Position numbers and translations under genes: made by a program. The notes under the pieces were generated by a model that worked only from the letters and a program-made list of their open reading frames with translations, was not told the DNA's origin and did not search any database. DNA of 22,886 nucleotides from Tubiluchus corallicola (lineage: Eukaryota; Animalia; Priapulida). Of this stretch, positions 1 to 11,107 are shown piece by piece. The DNA lies in contig JAQGDQ010001869.1 of NCBI GenBank assembly GCA_030141605.1, positions 1 to 22,886 on the forward strand. Direction: 5' to 3'. The stretch's first letter is position 1; each line of letters opens with the position of its first letter.

Positions 1-1000
1 TGAGTAATGGGTAAATTGTTTGAAGTTTCCCTGTCCAGTTATATAAGTAATGGGTAAATTGTTTGAAGTTTCTCTGTCCAGTTATATAAGTAATGGGTAA
101 ATTGTTTGAAGTTTCCCTGTCCAGTTATATAAGTAATGGGTAAATTGTTTGAAGTTTCTCTGTCCAGTTATATAAGTAATGGGTAAATTGTTTGAAGTTT
201 TCCTGTCCAGTTATATAAGTAATGGGTAAATTGTTTGAAGTTTCCCTGTCCAGTTATATAAGTAATTGGTAAATTGTTTGAAATTTCCCTGTCCAGTTAT
301 ATAAGTAATGGGTAAATTGTTGGAAGTTTCCCTGTCCAGTTATATAAGTAATGGGTAAATTGTTTGAAGTTTCTCTGTCCAGTTATATAAGTAATGGGTA
401 AATTGTTTGAAGTTTCTCTGTCCAGTTATATAAGTAATGGGTAAATTGTTTGAAGTTTCCCTGTCCAGTTATATGAGTAATGGGTAAATTGTTTGAAGTT
501 TCTCTGTCCAGTTATATAAGTAATGGGTAAATTGTTTGAAGTTTCCCTGTCCAGTTATATAAGTAATGGGTAAACTGTTTGAAGTTTCTCTGTCCAGTTA
601 TATAAGTAATGGGTAAACTGTTTGAAGTTTCCCTGTCCAGTTATACAAGTAATGGGTAAATTGTTTGAAGTTTCCCTGTCCAGTTATATAAGTAATGGGT
701 AAATTGTTTGAAGTTTCCCTGTCCAGTTATATAAGTAATGGGTAAATTCTTTGAAGTTTCCCTGTCCAGTTATATAAGTAATGGGTAAATTCTTTGAAGT
801 TTCCCTGTCCAGTTATATAAGTAATGGGTAAATTGTTTGAAGTTTCCCTGTCCAGTTATATAAGTAATGGGTAAATTGTTTGAAGTTTCCCTGTCCAGTT
901 ATATAAGTAATGGGTAAATTGTTTGAAGTTTCCCTGTCCAGTTATATAAGTAATGGGTAAATTGTTTGAAGTTTCCCTGTCCAGTTATATAAGTAATGGG
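1..1000. repeat. 43-bp minisatellite, about 23 copies, truncated by the window start
   Basis: Head-to-tail unit AAGTAATGGGTAAATTGTTTGAAGTTTCCCTGTCCAGTTATAT with a period of 43, few substitutions and no spacers. It ends about 60 bp before the first + strand exon. Confidence 0.97.
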
Positions 1001-1059
1001 TTTACATAAACTTTATACAACAGATTTTTCATTATTTGTTTGTTTTTCTGTCTTACCAG

Positions 1060-1185
1060 ATCTTTGATAAAAAACACCCTGTTTTTAGGTTGTTGGTGGA
1101 TGGAATCGCAAGGGCTCTTAACAGATCAAAAGAAGTTTATATTGAACAGCAAAGAAATGAGACAGACCAAGAAAAAGTTATACAG
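1060..1185 (+). CDS. Polycystin-1-like (PKD1L/REJ family) gene, exon A (first in window, phase 0-0), helical GAIN-A-like region
   Basis: Acceptor tttttctgtcttaccag and donor CAG|gtaaca. The 126-nt exon is open (IFDKKHPVFRLLVDGIARALNRSKEVYIEQQRNETDQEKVIQ) and joins exon B in frame. Confidence 0.8.
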
Positions 1186-1447
1186 GTAACATATTGTTGT
1201 TGTATTCATGAGTCAATGAATGTATTCTTCCTCAATACCCACTACTGCTATTGTTCTTATTATTTTGGGGAATCTTAGTAGCAGAGTGGGCAACTGTCGT
1301 GCATAGAAATTTTTGGACTATCGTCGAAGTCGCAAACTACCTGAAACCCTTTCTTTAGTGTTCTGAGAAATTTCTTCAATTTTATCACTGAAATATTTTA
1401 ATGCAAGCTCGTTTAGCCAAAACATTTTACTATTCATTTTTTCTCAG

Positions 1448-1598
1448 GCGAAAGACATCTCAGCGAATTCAGTGAAGCTCCTTGATGATGTAGCAGAGGC
1501 AATCAGCATCCATAAAGTCATAGCAGAAGAAGCAACTACTTTTTCAACCGACGTCGTGACACTTTCTGTAAAGCGAGAAAAGGTTTCTGTCTTAGGAG
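1448..1598 (+). CDS. Polycystin-1-like gene, exon B (phase 0-1)
   Basis: Acceptor ttttttctcag and donor G|gtactc. Encodes AKDISANSVKLLDDVAEAISIHKVIAEEATTFSTDVVTLSVKREKVSVLG, which resembles the PKD1L 'L......KV.GE.PT...T..I.L...R' GAIN segment. Confidence 0.85.
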
Positions 1599-2019
1599 GT
1601 ACTCAAAATATTTGTAAAACATAATTGTCTGGTTGCCTGGGTTTTCGTAATGATTCAGTTCAATTCTATTCCAATTTTTGAATCAAATTTTTGAATTCAA
1701 TTCGATCCAGTTGAATATCTTCCTTTGCGTTTTATTAAAAAATGCCAATACACCCTCTTTCTGCCTGCACTAAAAGACTTGGATTAAGGTGCACCAGTTA
1801 GTTTAATAACAAAGATGACTGAGTCATGACTGACTTGCATTTTTATAAGGCCAATTTTTTATAAGTATAAGATACTTATATCAAAGCCAGAATATAAATC
1901 AATAATAAAAATGTAAAAATGAATAATATACCCCCAGGCCTTATGATTGTTTATAGGGATGACTATTAATCCATTGAATAAATAAATAAATAAATAAATA
2001 CATATATCTCTAGATCTCT

Positions 2020-2236
2020 AGTGTCTCCAGATATTTAAAAAAAATAGTAATCAGCTTTCCGATTATGATATAAGTTTCATATAAGTTTAGGAAATATGCA
2101 TATACACAATAACTTATTCTATATATATATATATAATAGAATAAGTTATTGTGTATAAGTATATTTCCTAGACTGATATGAAACTTATATCATAATATGA
2201 ATGCTGATGACTATTTTTTAAATATCTAAAGACACT
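2020..2236. repeat. Foldback inverted repeat with arms of about 100 bp centred on (TA)n
   Basis: The left arm AGTGTCTCCAGATATTT...CACAATAACTTATTCTAT is the reverse complement of the right arm ATAGAATAAGTTATTGTG...AAATATCTAAAGACACT, with roughly 10% mismatch. Confidence 0.92.
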
Positions 2237-2428
2237 TGCCATTATGATCGTAAGTAAAAATAAGCATCATTTTAAAATAATTAGTATTAACGCAAAACAT
2301 TAATCAATGCAGTAATTAAATATATGATACTACAGTGTATTACTATATCGCAAAGAATCAAAGAATTACATTTCATTATAGATTATCGTAAAACAATATG
2401 CACAGCCTAGTTGTGTTTTTTATTTCAG

Positions 2429-2517
2429 ATTCACGAATAGAAATGAAAGGTATAGGATATTTTAAAATGCCTCCTGCAACAGTCTTTAAAAATGAAACTG
2501 ATTCACTAGGTGTGGAG
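2429..2517 (+). CDS. Polycystin-1-like gene, exon C (phase 1-0)
   Basis: Acceptor tttttatttcag and donor GAG|gtaagc. Encodes (D)SRIEMKGIGYFKMPPATVFKNETDSLGVE, with the 'G.F.LP' pattern seen in PKD1L GAIN domains. Confidence 0.85.
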
Positions 2518-3648
2518 GTAAGCTCAAAAATGTTATTCGTGGTTTTTTACCCTTTCATACCCGTTGTATCACTTAAATACGAGAATATTTTCTGCCTTTA
2601 AAATTTATAAAATTTTAAAATTGAAAGTTATTTGATATGTTAATAGTTATTTTGATTTAAGCCAATAACAATAGACTAAAATGGTGATAAAATGGCAAAC
2701 TAGAATATTTACAGAAGATAAAAAACTGCGCACGGTACAGTACTTTAGAGATGACTTTGTACAGATCAGCATAGCATGCATACTAAATGTCTTAAATACT
2801 GCCATGATGGCAATAATACATAGGTACTTTTTTTAGTTTTTGTTCCCCGCACAATAAGCTTCCATTGCAATATTTCGATTGCAGAAATATAATGTGAAGT
2901 ACATCTGTTTATCTTAGAAAAATTAAATGGATTGTTGCAAAAAACTAAGAAAAATTATTAGACCTACAATGTTTGCAGCCTAACAATAATAAATAAATTT
3001 AATTTACAGTATCACTTGTGTGAAATCAACTGATTCAGAAAACTCTAAATTTCCAGGTACAGCACTCCATACACTCTGGCCTCAAGGCTCTCCTATCTCT
3101 AAGAACAAATTCCTGTTAAAAGATAAAACGAGCTTAATTTGTGCTTAGCTGATCTATAGGTTTTTTCTGGAACTCTGTAGGCCATTCTCTTGAGCTGTAA
3201 CAAACAGTTGACCAATAAAATTGTGTGTACTATCGCGCAAGTGTAAACCATAGAAGCTTCTATAGGCCAAGTTAGAGTGCCTAAAAGCGGCGTGTTTTTA
3301 TTAATTTTATCAAAACAATCACTTATAAATGCTTAAACAAATAGCATGATTGGATAGCCGAGATTCTCCTGAATAGAACCGTACCTAATTTATAATCATT
3401 TAGTTATGTCTGTGCTCACACAGTAACAGAAAAGTCATAGGTCTTGTTAGACCCATTTTGAGTGGCACGGGCTTGAAGGAGTAAAGCTAATTTTTGCGTA
3501 TTAGTATTTTGGCTTTTTTATTGGAAAGTGGTTGAGCTTATCTGATTTTCACACGAGGAGTTATTACGTGGTTATAGAATTTTGGTGCCTGAAAACAGAA
3601 TTGATAAATTTAGCAGCCCCCAATAAAAATGAAGCTGATAATAATAAT

Positions 3649-4262
<614 letters not shown>

Positions 4263-4291
4263 CCATGGTAGTAACTACAAATACGTTTCAG

Positions 4292-4439
4292 TTATATTTT
4301 ATGAAAGACAATCCATTTTCATGGAACGAGCGTGGTGATGACATTGATACTCCTGTAGCCAGCATAGCTCTTAGTGAAAAGAAAACATCGACAAACTTTA
4401 CACTGACAGACCCGCTGGAATATGTTTTAGAAAGCAAAC
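4292..4439 (+). CDS. Polycystin-1-like gene, exon D (phase 0-1), GAIN-B-like
   Basis: Acceptor tacgtttcag and donor C|gtaagt. Encodes LYFMKDNPFSWNERGDDIDTPVASIALSEKKTSTNFTLTDPLEYVLESK. The 'F..NPF.W......I...V.S..L' and 'L..P....L' patterns are typical of the PKD1/REJ family GAIN region. Confidence 0.9.
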
Positions 4440-4689
4440 GTAAGTTAAGATGGTATTACACAACATTTTGTGCTTCATTGCGTTATAAGCTGAAGTTTGG
4501 AGCAGCATTGAGACACGAAATAGTGAAATAAAACCTGAAATAATAGTAAAAAGAATTCCATTGCAACTAGTATTGTGCAAGATGATGCAGGGTATAATAG
4601 ACTTGACTGTAATAAAAGCAGATTGTCCAAAATAAAAAATAGAGGGATAGTCAAAAATGCGTCACTTTATTTAACAGAATTTTTTTCAT

Positions 4690-5211
4690 TGTTTTTTTAT
4701 TTATTTATTATTATTATTATCACATTCAGTACAGTACATTAAGAACACAGTGACATCAAAACTATTACATCATACTGTATTAAATTGTTATGTTTCATAC
4801 ACTATCGTTATCATAAAAGAATAATTGTACTGCAGTGGGCTAGAGAAGCAAAAGCTTGTATAAGCCCACTGTCATGTGAACCCGAGAAAAAAGGATGAGT
4901 GAACAAAAAAAGAACTGAGAGAAAGGTTAGATCACACAGGAAGGGTAGAAGGATGTGTTAGTGGAAATGGTAGGAAGAAAGATAGTAGATTGCGCGATGT
5001 TGACATCAGCTCTAAAGATTTATCAATGATGCCTTGTTTTGTATAATCTGTACCAGGATTTTGGTATGACTGTTGCAGTAGGTGTAGGATATTAGGAAGT
5101 GTTGTACTTGCTGAGAATCATTGCTCTGTATTTCTTTTTACACTTTTGAATGGACTGAACAGTTTTTAATTCATCATTTATGTCATTCCAAAGCCTTGGA
5201 CCGACATTTGC
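4690..5211 (-). mobile_element. LINE 3' end (L2/Crack/CR1 group), 5'-truncated
   Basis: The minus strand at 5211-5092 reads ANVGPRLWNDINDELKTVQSIQKCKKKYRAMILSKYNTS* (GP.LWN motif). The 3' UTR has a hairpin (GTGGGCT..ACAAGCTTTTGCTT..AGCCCAC) and ends in a (TAA)/(TAAA)-rich tail near 4690-4720. Confidence 0.8.
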
Positions 5212-6455
5212 AATGAATTGCCACTACAGAATGCAATAACAGTAATGTATTTTGTTAAACACAAACGATAACGGAAAAATTTATTTCTAAAATATGAAAA
5301 CTGTGAGACAGTATTTATTTTAATAAGCCTTTTCACGGTTTTGTTATGCACACGCGTAGTTGCTGCAGGTCAGAGGTTAAGTGATCCCAGCGCATCTTAC
5401 TTATTATACAACCGTCATGTGACCTTATGGACATAACTACATACAGGTGAAACGGGTGAAACACGTGGCTATTGTTTATAAAAACCAATGTAAAAATTAG
5501 TCCTAGAAATGCGATAACCACAGAGGCTATGCTAGATGCGAGCACATGTCTTTAGGTTGTACTGAAGCATATCACAAAGCAGCGGCCGACCAGCTAGTGG
5601 CACCTGGCATTTGTTAGTATATGTAGTTTGTACTGGAGAGAAAAGAATTATGTAATAAATGTGAAAAAGGAAAAGTAAGGTAGGTCAGTAAGAACAGGAT
5701 AGCGCTAAAAACAGTTTGGAGAAAGAAGGTCATGGCAGTAGGTTTACATATTAACGTTTTAGTTTTTTGAGAGGTGATTATATTTTCATTTTTGCCTAAG
5801 TGTAATTATAATCATAAAATAGTTTGCATTAATGGAGAGAAATTTTGTATACGTATAGTTATAATATTTTTCAAGAAATATGTTATGAAAGGAGCAAGGA
5901 AGCAAAAAGAAATACAAATACGGCTGCTATGTGGTTATTTTAATCATAATACTACGCATGCGTAGTTTAAAACTAACATGTTATTCTTAACTGAATACTG
6001 CTAGCAAAATAGCAGCACAATCGACGTAAAATGAAGTGGAAATTAATGCCAAGAACTGTTACAAATGCAATAGCATCGGACTGGAGACTTTGTCATCTGT
6101 AAACAAATACATTGTTTGGTTCAATAACGTTGTTAGGTCCACTTAACCTTTGACCTTTTCACGTTTATCAATGGCTGGAACTGTGAAAATGCTTATTAAA
6201 ACTAAAAACCTAGCCTATTTACCTATCTAAGGCAAACAGTTTTAAATTAAAACTCGAGTTTCAACTTAGATCAATCTCATACGATCATACTTATCACAGT
6301 CAAATGAATTATCCTGAGTATCTACAACTGGATCCACAAGTTTGCAAATTACCAATTTAACCCCAAGCAGCACATTATTAGACTTTGCTTTAGTGCTAAT
6401 TCGTAAAGTGTAAGTTTATTTGGCTGTTGGCAAGGTTTTATTTGCGAAATTATCA

Positions 6456-6747
6456 CAGTAAGTCCTCGCTTAACGACGCTAATGTTACGTTAAGTGAAAC
6501 GTCCATAAACCAAACCAAAGCTTCTATAGAAAGTAATGTTATAGAGTAAGTAAAGTATAGAAAAGAATTGAGATACGTTCCAGAGGCAAAAGTTAATGCT
6601 GTTTATATTTTACAAATTAAGCATTTTATGAGTTTATTTATGGGTTCTACCAATTAATTTCCTTCTGTTTGCTAAAACGTGTCAAATATTCAGCATCGTT
6701 AAAACGAGACATCGCTAAGCGGGGATTCGTTAAGTGAGGACTCACTG
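6456..6747. mobile_element. Tigger/pogo-like MITE, 292 bp
   Basis: Terminal inverted repeats CAGTAAGTCCTCGCTTAACG and CGTTAAGTGAGGACTCACTG match at 18/20 positions, with subterminal CGTTAA motifs. No clean TA target duplication is retained. Confidence 0.8.
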
Positions 6748-6938
6748 GTTGTTCCTTCAAAAATAGCTTAAACACTACCTTTATTTCCCTGCTTGTCCGG
6801 TTAACATATTACCCATTTAATCTTGTTATAATCACAGTACTATGTTAGTCAACATTAGATTTACCTAGATGTTGGGTAAGACAAACATGGATAATTATAG
6901 ACCTGCATATCTTATTAATTGTATGTTCGTTCGTTTAG

Positions 6939-7087
6939 CTATTCAGATTAAAAGCATTGATTCTGTCGTTCTTCGAAGCACTGCTCGTTTGACTAGTAAA
7001 CAAATCACTGCACACTCCTTCCCTGTTGATGCATATTCAAATGTTCACTTCACATTTGAGAATTTGCCAAATGCTCTCCATCTGAAG
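6939..7087 (+). CDS. Polycystin-1-like gene, exon E (phase 1-0)
   Basis: Acceptor ttcgttcgtttag and donor AAG|gtgatt. Encodes (P)IQIKSIDSVVLRSTARLTSKQITAHSFPVDAYSNVHFTFENLPNALHLK, including the 'H.F.V....' strand. Phases match both neighbouring exons. Confidence 0.85.
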
Positions 7088-7264
7088 GTGATTATTGTTG
7101 TTTTTAGATCACATTTTTATTCATTTGCAAATACTATGTGGTATGCAATACAACTGATTTCTGCTGTGTCATGAATAATAATTATATTTCCTAGTTCATT
7201 AATATGGAACGAGTAATATAAAGTTTTAGAAAAGTAATGCTTAAAATATAATGACTAAGTAATA

Positions 7265-7870
7265 TTCATAATGATGATGATAATGATAATAGTGGTTCAC
7301 CAAGTGTAAGCACAATAAGTATAACTGCGTGTAATGTAATTTAAAATTTACACTTCATCAGTTAAAATCTCGCCACGCTGATCAATAAGATACATTTAAA
7401 ATTCATAATAAACATAAAATTTGAAAAACACTAAAAATTAAAAATTGTGTTTTAAGATTCTGTTTAAAATGATGTAATAAATTTTTAGAACGTTTAGCAA
7501 CAGGTAAGTTATTCCAGAGACGTGGAGCTCAGACACAGAAAGCTTTTTCACCTTAGAATGCTGAATTAAAAATTGGCGGATGTAAATTAATTTGTTCATT
7601 AGCATTAGAACGAAGTGTTCGGCTTATGTTGTGGCATATTAAAAGGTCAGTAAGGTATGCAGGTGCCAAACCATGTAGCATTTTGTAGGTGATTTAAAAA
7701 ATTTTAGATTTAATTCCGAACTTTATCGGCAACCGACGTAACTCTCTTACAGTATGTTGTAATATGATCATATTTTCAAGTTTTCGTAATGAGACGGGCA
7801 GCAGAGTTCTGAGTTAGTTGGAGTTTGCGATTTTTTTGTTTAGTGAGTCTAAAGAGTGTGATAACTTTTG
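7265..7870 (-). mobile_element. Degenerate L2-clade LINE 3' fragment
   Basis: The minus-strand translation has stops and frameshifts but retains ITYKMLHGLAPAYLTDLL..RTLRS..GEKAF..APRLWNNLP..FKQNLKT. It ends in a trinucleotide-repeat tail near 7268-7290. Confidence 0.85.
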
Positions 7871-8045
7871 CTCTGTTCAACCTTCCATGTTTTTTAAACA
7901 ATTAGAGTTACATTGTTACAAAAAATGAATTTATCTGCACCTGTTATAGTTAAAGTTATATTTAAAGATAGTCACGTTTGTATATAATTCCTTATTATAC
8001 AATGCAATATACATTGCGTTATATAATACATGTATATATTTATAT

Positions 8046-8190
8046 ACAGCAAAATACACAACTAAGTGATGCATAATTTCTTATATACATATATATATAT
8101 ATATATAAGATATATATATATATATAAGATATATATATATATATATATATATATAAGAATTATATATCACTTAGTTATGTATTTTGCTGT
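8046..8190. repeat. Foldback inverted repeat with arms of about 40 bp centred on (TA)n
   Basis: ACAGCAAAATACACAACTAAGTGATGCATAATTTCTTATATA pairs with TATATAAGAATTATATATCACTTAGTTATGTATTTTGCTGT across an AT dinucleotide core. Confidence 0.9.
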
Positions 8191-8245
8191 TATAAAAATG
8201 GTGATGAACTAACAAACTTACTTACTCATATTACATTGTTCATAG

Positions 8246-9128
8246 GCTGTTATCAAACGAGGCCGAAGACCTGTTATCGAAGACTTTAATTACCCAAAAG
8301 TGCACCCGATTCCAAACTTACTGAAAAATTCTACGAAGAACTACGATTTTCCTAATGAAACCTTAAGTGTCCGGAACAACAGAAATGTAGCTGTGACGTA
8401 CTATGTTGGTATTAAATTTGACTATTTTCGTAGTGAAGAGTGTTACCATGCCTGCCAACAGGAGCTCGATAACTGTACTAAAGAACTTGCCAAACGCTGT
8501 GAAAATCATACTGATGAAGCTGCATGTCTTAGTCTCATACCAAAAACATGCAATCTGGAGAAATGCGTGCAGAAGCATCCCTGCTACACAGACTGGGCAG
8601 ACCACTGCAGGAAAATATCTATGGAGTGTCAAAAAAGACAGTGTGAAGTGTTAACTAATGTTTGCAAACGACTCGAGAGAGAATGTCAAGACGCCTGCAA
8701 CCGCACGGGGAATGTCTGTCTTGAGGATTGTAAACAGAACTACACAAATTGCATTGCCGATGCTAACAGAGTTTGTCATGAACAGTGTGTTAATAACTCA
8801 GGTCTTGGCTGTACAGAATTATTACCTGTAGAAGCTGAGCGTCAAGTGTGTAGAAACAGCTATCATAACTGCACTCAAAATAATACATTTGGACTAACAT
8901 CTTGTCTGCAGCCATTCTCATCTTGTATGAGATCATGTTACAAATTGCAAAACGATCCGCTCTGCTCGTCGGTTTGTGATTGGAAATTGAGTTCTTGCTC
9001 ATCTGCTGTTTCTGAAGACTGTGAGCAAAAGACAATCCTGGCAATTCCAGTTTGTGCCGACATTATCTGGTTAGAAGACATTATGGAAAATGAAACATAC
9101 ATCAGAGAAAAAGAGTTTCTTGCTTCGA
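8246..9128 (+). CDS. Polycystin-1-like gene, exon F (883 nt, phase 0-1): GAIN-associated beta strands followed by a 30-Cys domain
   Basis: Acceptor ttgttcatag and donor A|gtatgt, with a fully open frame. It begins AVIKRGRRPVIEDFNY...TYYVGIKF (PKD1L-type 'RP...DF' and 'YYVGI'), then has 30 Cys between 8441 and 9055 and many N-x-S/T sequons. Confidence 0.92.
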
Positions 9129-9261
9129 GTATGTGGGCATGTGTACATATGTCATATTTATTATAAAACATTCAATTAATTTACATTATCGTTTTTAGTT
9201 TAAAATTTTAAAATTAATTGTTAATTTGCTAACTAAATACTCTTTTTAAAAACACGTAAGG

Positions 9262-9761
9262 CAGGGGTGTGCAAATTATCTGACTAGCCGGGCCACATTA
9301 AACTTTCCCGGAATTCCTGCGGGCCACATGCAGTTTGACCAAGGAGCCAAGTACAGAAAGGCCTAATAACGATTTTTTTGCATCCGACCTGCGTACATCA
9401 TTACTACTACACTCAAGAAACTATTTTAGAAGTTACTAAAATTTATATTACAAACCAATTATTTTTAGTTTCGGGACAGATAGTGGTAATTTCATTACAA
9501 TGCATATTAGTAATGTGCATCACACAGTCTGTGTAGTACAGTGACATTAAGCTACAACCGTCTTGTAAGGGTTAATGGCATCCGATCTAGTAGAAAAAAC
9601 TACCTGCACTATCTTTGGGATTGTGGCACGGACTTCAGCTGGATACACTCAATTAATCACCTGGGCCGCACTTTCATTAGGTTGACAAATCTCTTCGCGA
9701 GCCGCACAAATTCTCTCGGTGGGCTGCAAGTGGCCCGCGGGCCGCAATTTGCACACCCCTG
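9262..9761. mobile_element. Non-autonomous hAT element (MITE), 500 bp
   Basis: Perfect 16-bp TIRs CAGGGGTGTGCAAATT and AATTTGCACACCCCTG, a perfect 8-bp TSD ACGTAAGG at 9254-9261 and 9762-9769, and subterminal CGGGCC motifs. Confidence 0.96.
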
Positions 9762-9969
9762 ACGTAAGGTTTGTCAAGTGAATCTATTGCATAAATAATT
9801 CGTGTGCATAATTTACACTTACTAAAATTAGCTTTTTTGTTCTTAAATACCAACTCTGGTTTAATTCCACACAATCATTCTTGCAACAACCATCAAAGCC
9901 TTAGTTAATTTTGTTAAAGATTTGTTGTGCCTATGCGAAACTAATATTCCAATTCTGTCTTTACAACAG

Positions 9970-10117
9970 AAAGCACACTTTATAGCCTTGCCATACAGAC
10001 TGCTGATGTAAAGCATGCAGGAACTTTTGCAAGAGTCTCAATCCAGATTCATGGCAGTTATGGAGATACTGATCAAGTGCAGTTAGACAGCAGTTTGGAA
10101 AGTTTTGGACGTAAACG
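9970..10117 (+). CDS. Polycystin-1-like gene, exon G (phase 1-2): PLAT/LH2 domain, N-terminal part
   Basis: Acceptor tctttacaacag and donor CG|gtatgg. Encodes (K)STLYSLAIQTADVKHAGTFARVSIQIHGSYGDTDQVQLDSSLESFGRK, matching the PLAT consensus Y.V.V.T.D...AGT.A.V.I...G..G.T....L......F.R. Confidence 0.93.
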
Positions 10118-10230
10118 GTATGGTGATCCTGGTTTCACACAAACTATATCTGCACTTCTCAAACTTTTACCACGAATGAAACATTTGCATTAATTTTTTT
10201 TAAATGTAGGAGTCTGTCGTAGCTCAACAT

Positions 10231-10680
10231 TGAAAACAGATATTAATACTGATAATGATCTGCTTAATGTAAAATTGACTCCACAATGAAAACAGATATT
10301 AATACTGATAATGATCTGCTTAATTTAAAATTGACTCCACAATGAAAACAGATATTAATACTGATAATGATCTGCTTTAAGTAAAAATTGACTCCACAAT
10401 GAAAACAGATATTAATACTGATAATGATCTGCTTGATTTAAAATTGGCTCCACAATGAAAACAGATATTAATACTGATAATGATCTGCTTGATTTAAAAT
10501 TGGCTCCACGATGAAAACAGATATTAATACTGATAATGATCTGTTTGATTTAAAAATGGCTCGACAATGAAAACATATATTAATACTGATAATGATCTCA
10601 TTAATTTAAAATTGACTCCACAATGAAAACAGATATTAATACTGATAATGATCTGATTAATTTAAAGATGGCTAGACAAA
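10231..10680. repeat. 56-bp minisatellite, about 8 copies, inside a PLAT intron
   Basis: Unit TGAAAACAGATATTAATACTGATAATGATCTGCTTAATTTAAAATTGACTCCACAA, starting at 10231, 10287, 10343 and onward. Confidence 0.95.
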
Positions 10681-10724
10681 GAACCAAGATCTTGTTTATT
10701 ATTCTGGATTAACATTTCTTACAG

Positions 10725-10827
10725 ATTGGACAAGTTTAATTTAACAATGGCGCCAGTAGGAGATGTCAAATTCCTTAGTATATGGCACGATAACACAGGT
10801 TTGGGTCCAGCCTGGTTATTGGAAAAG
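10725..10827 (+). CDS. Polycystin-1-like gene, exon H (phase 2-0): PLAT/LH2 core
   Basis: Acceptor atttcttacag and donor AAG|gtaatt. Encodes (R)LDKFNLTMAPVGDVKFLSIWHDNTGLGPAWLLEK, containing the diagnostic IWHDN.G..P.W.L motif. Confidence 0.95.
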
Positions 10828-11107
10828 GTAATTGAACAAATTAGTATTTGTTTATAAAATGTTTTTTGTTCTTGCTTGGATTTTTTAATTAATTTTGCTA
10901 ACTTTTATTTCACAACCAAAGTGATATTCCTGTATATGTCCATATGTATATATATATATATATAGTCTTTGTTCTTTTCTTACACATCTTTATTATTGTT
11001 CAAGGTTCTTATATATGTTGACAAACGGGATTTTGCTAACATACATTTTACTCCCTATAAATTATATACGCCTATATATATATATTTTATATTCTTACAC
11101 ATCTAAG

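Noticed and set aside
1-1000. CRISPR-like periodicity here and in the arrays at 10231, 11504, 14797 and 15634
   Set aside because: The units are contiguous with no unique spacers, there are no cas genes, and the context is a spliced eukaryotic locus.
5333-5545. Minus-strand ORF with a hydrophobic N-terminus, considered as a small membrane protein or the next kinase exon
   Set aside because: It has no kinase subdomain II motif or other recognisable motif, and no convincing splice sites.
8363-9171. Overlapping ORFs 8363-8632, 8403-8654, 8790-9044 and 8938-9171
   Set aside because: These are shadow frames of the real Cys-rich exon.
9541-9874. Short ORFs overlapping the hAT MITE
   Set aside because: They show no transposase motifs, and the element is only 500 bp and non-autonomous.
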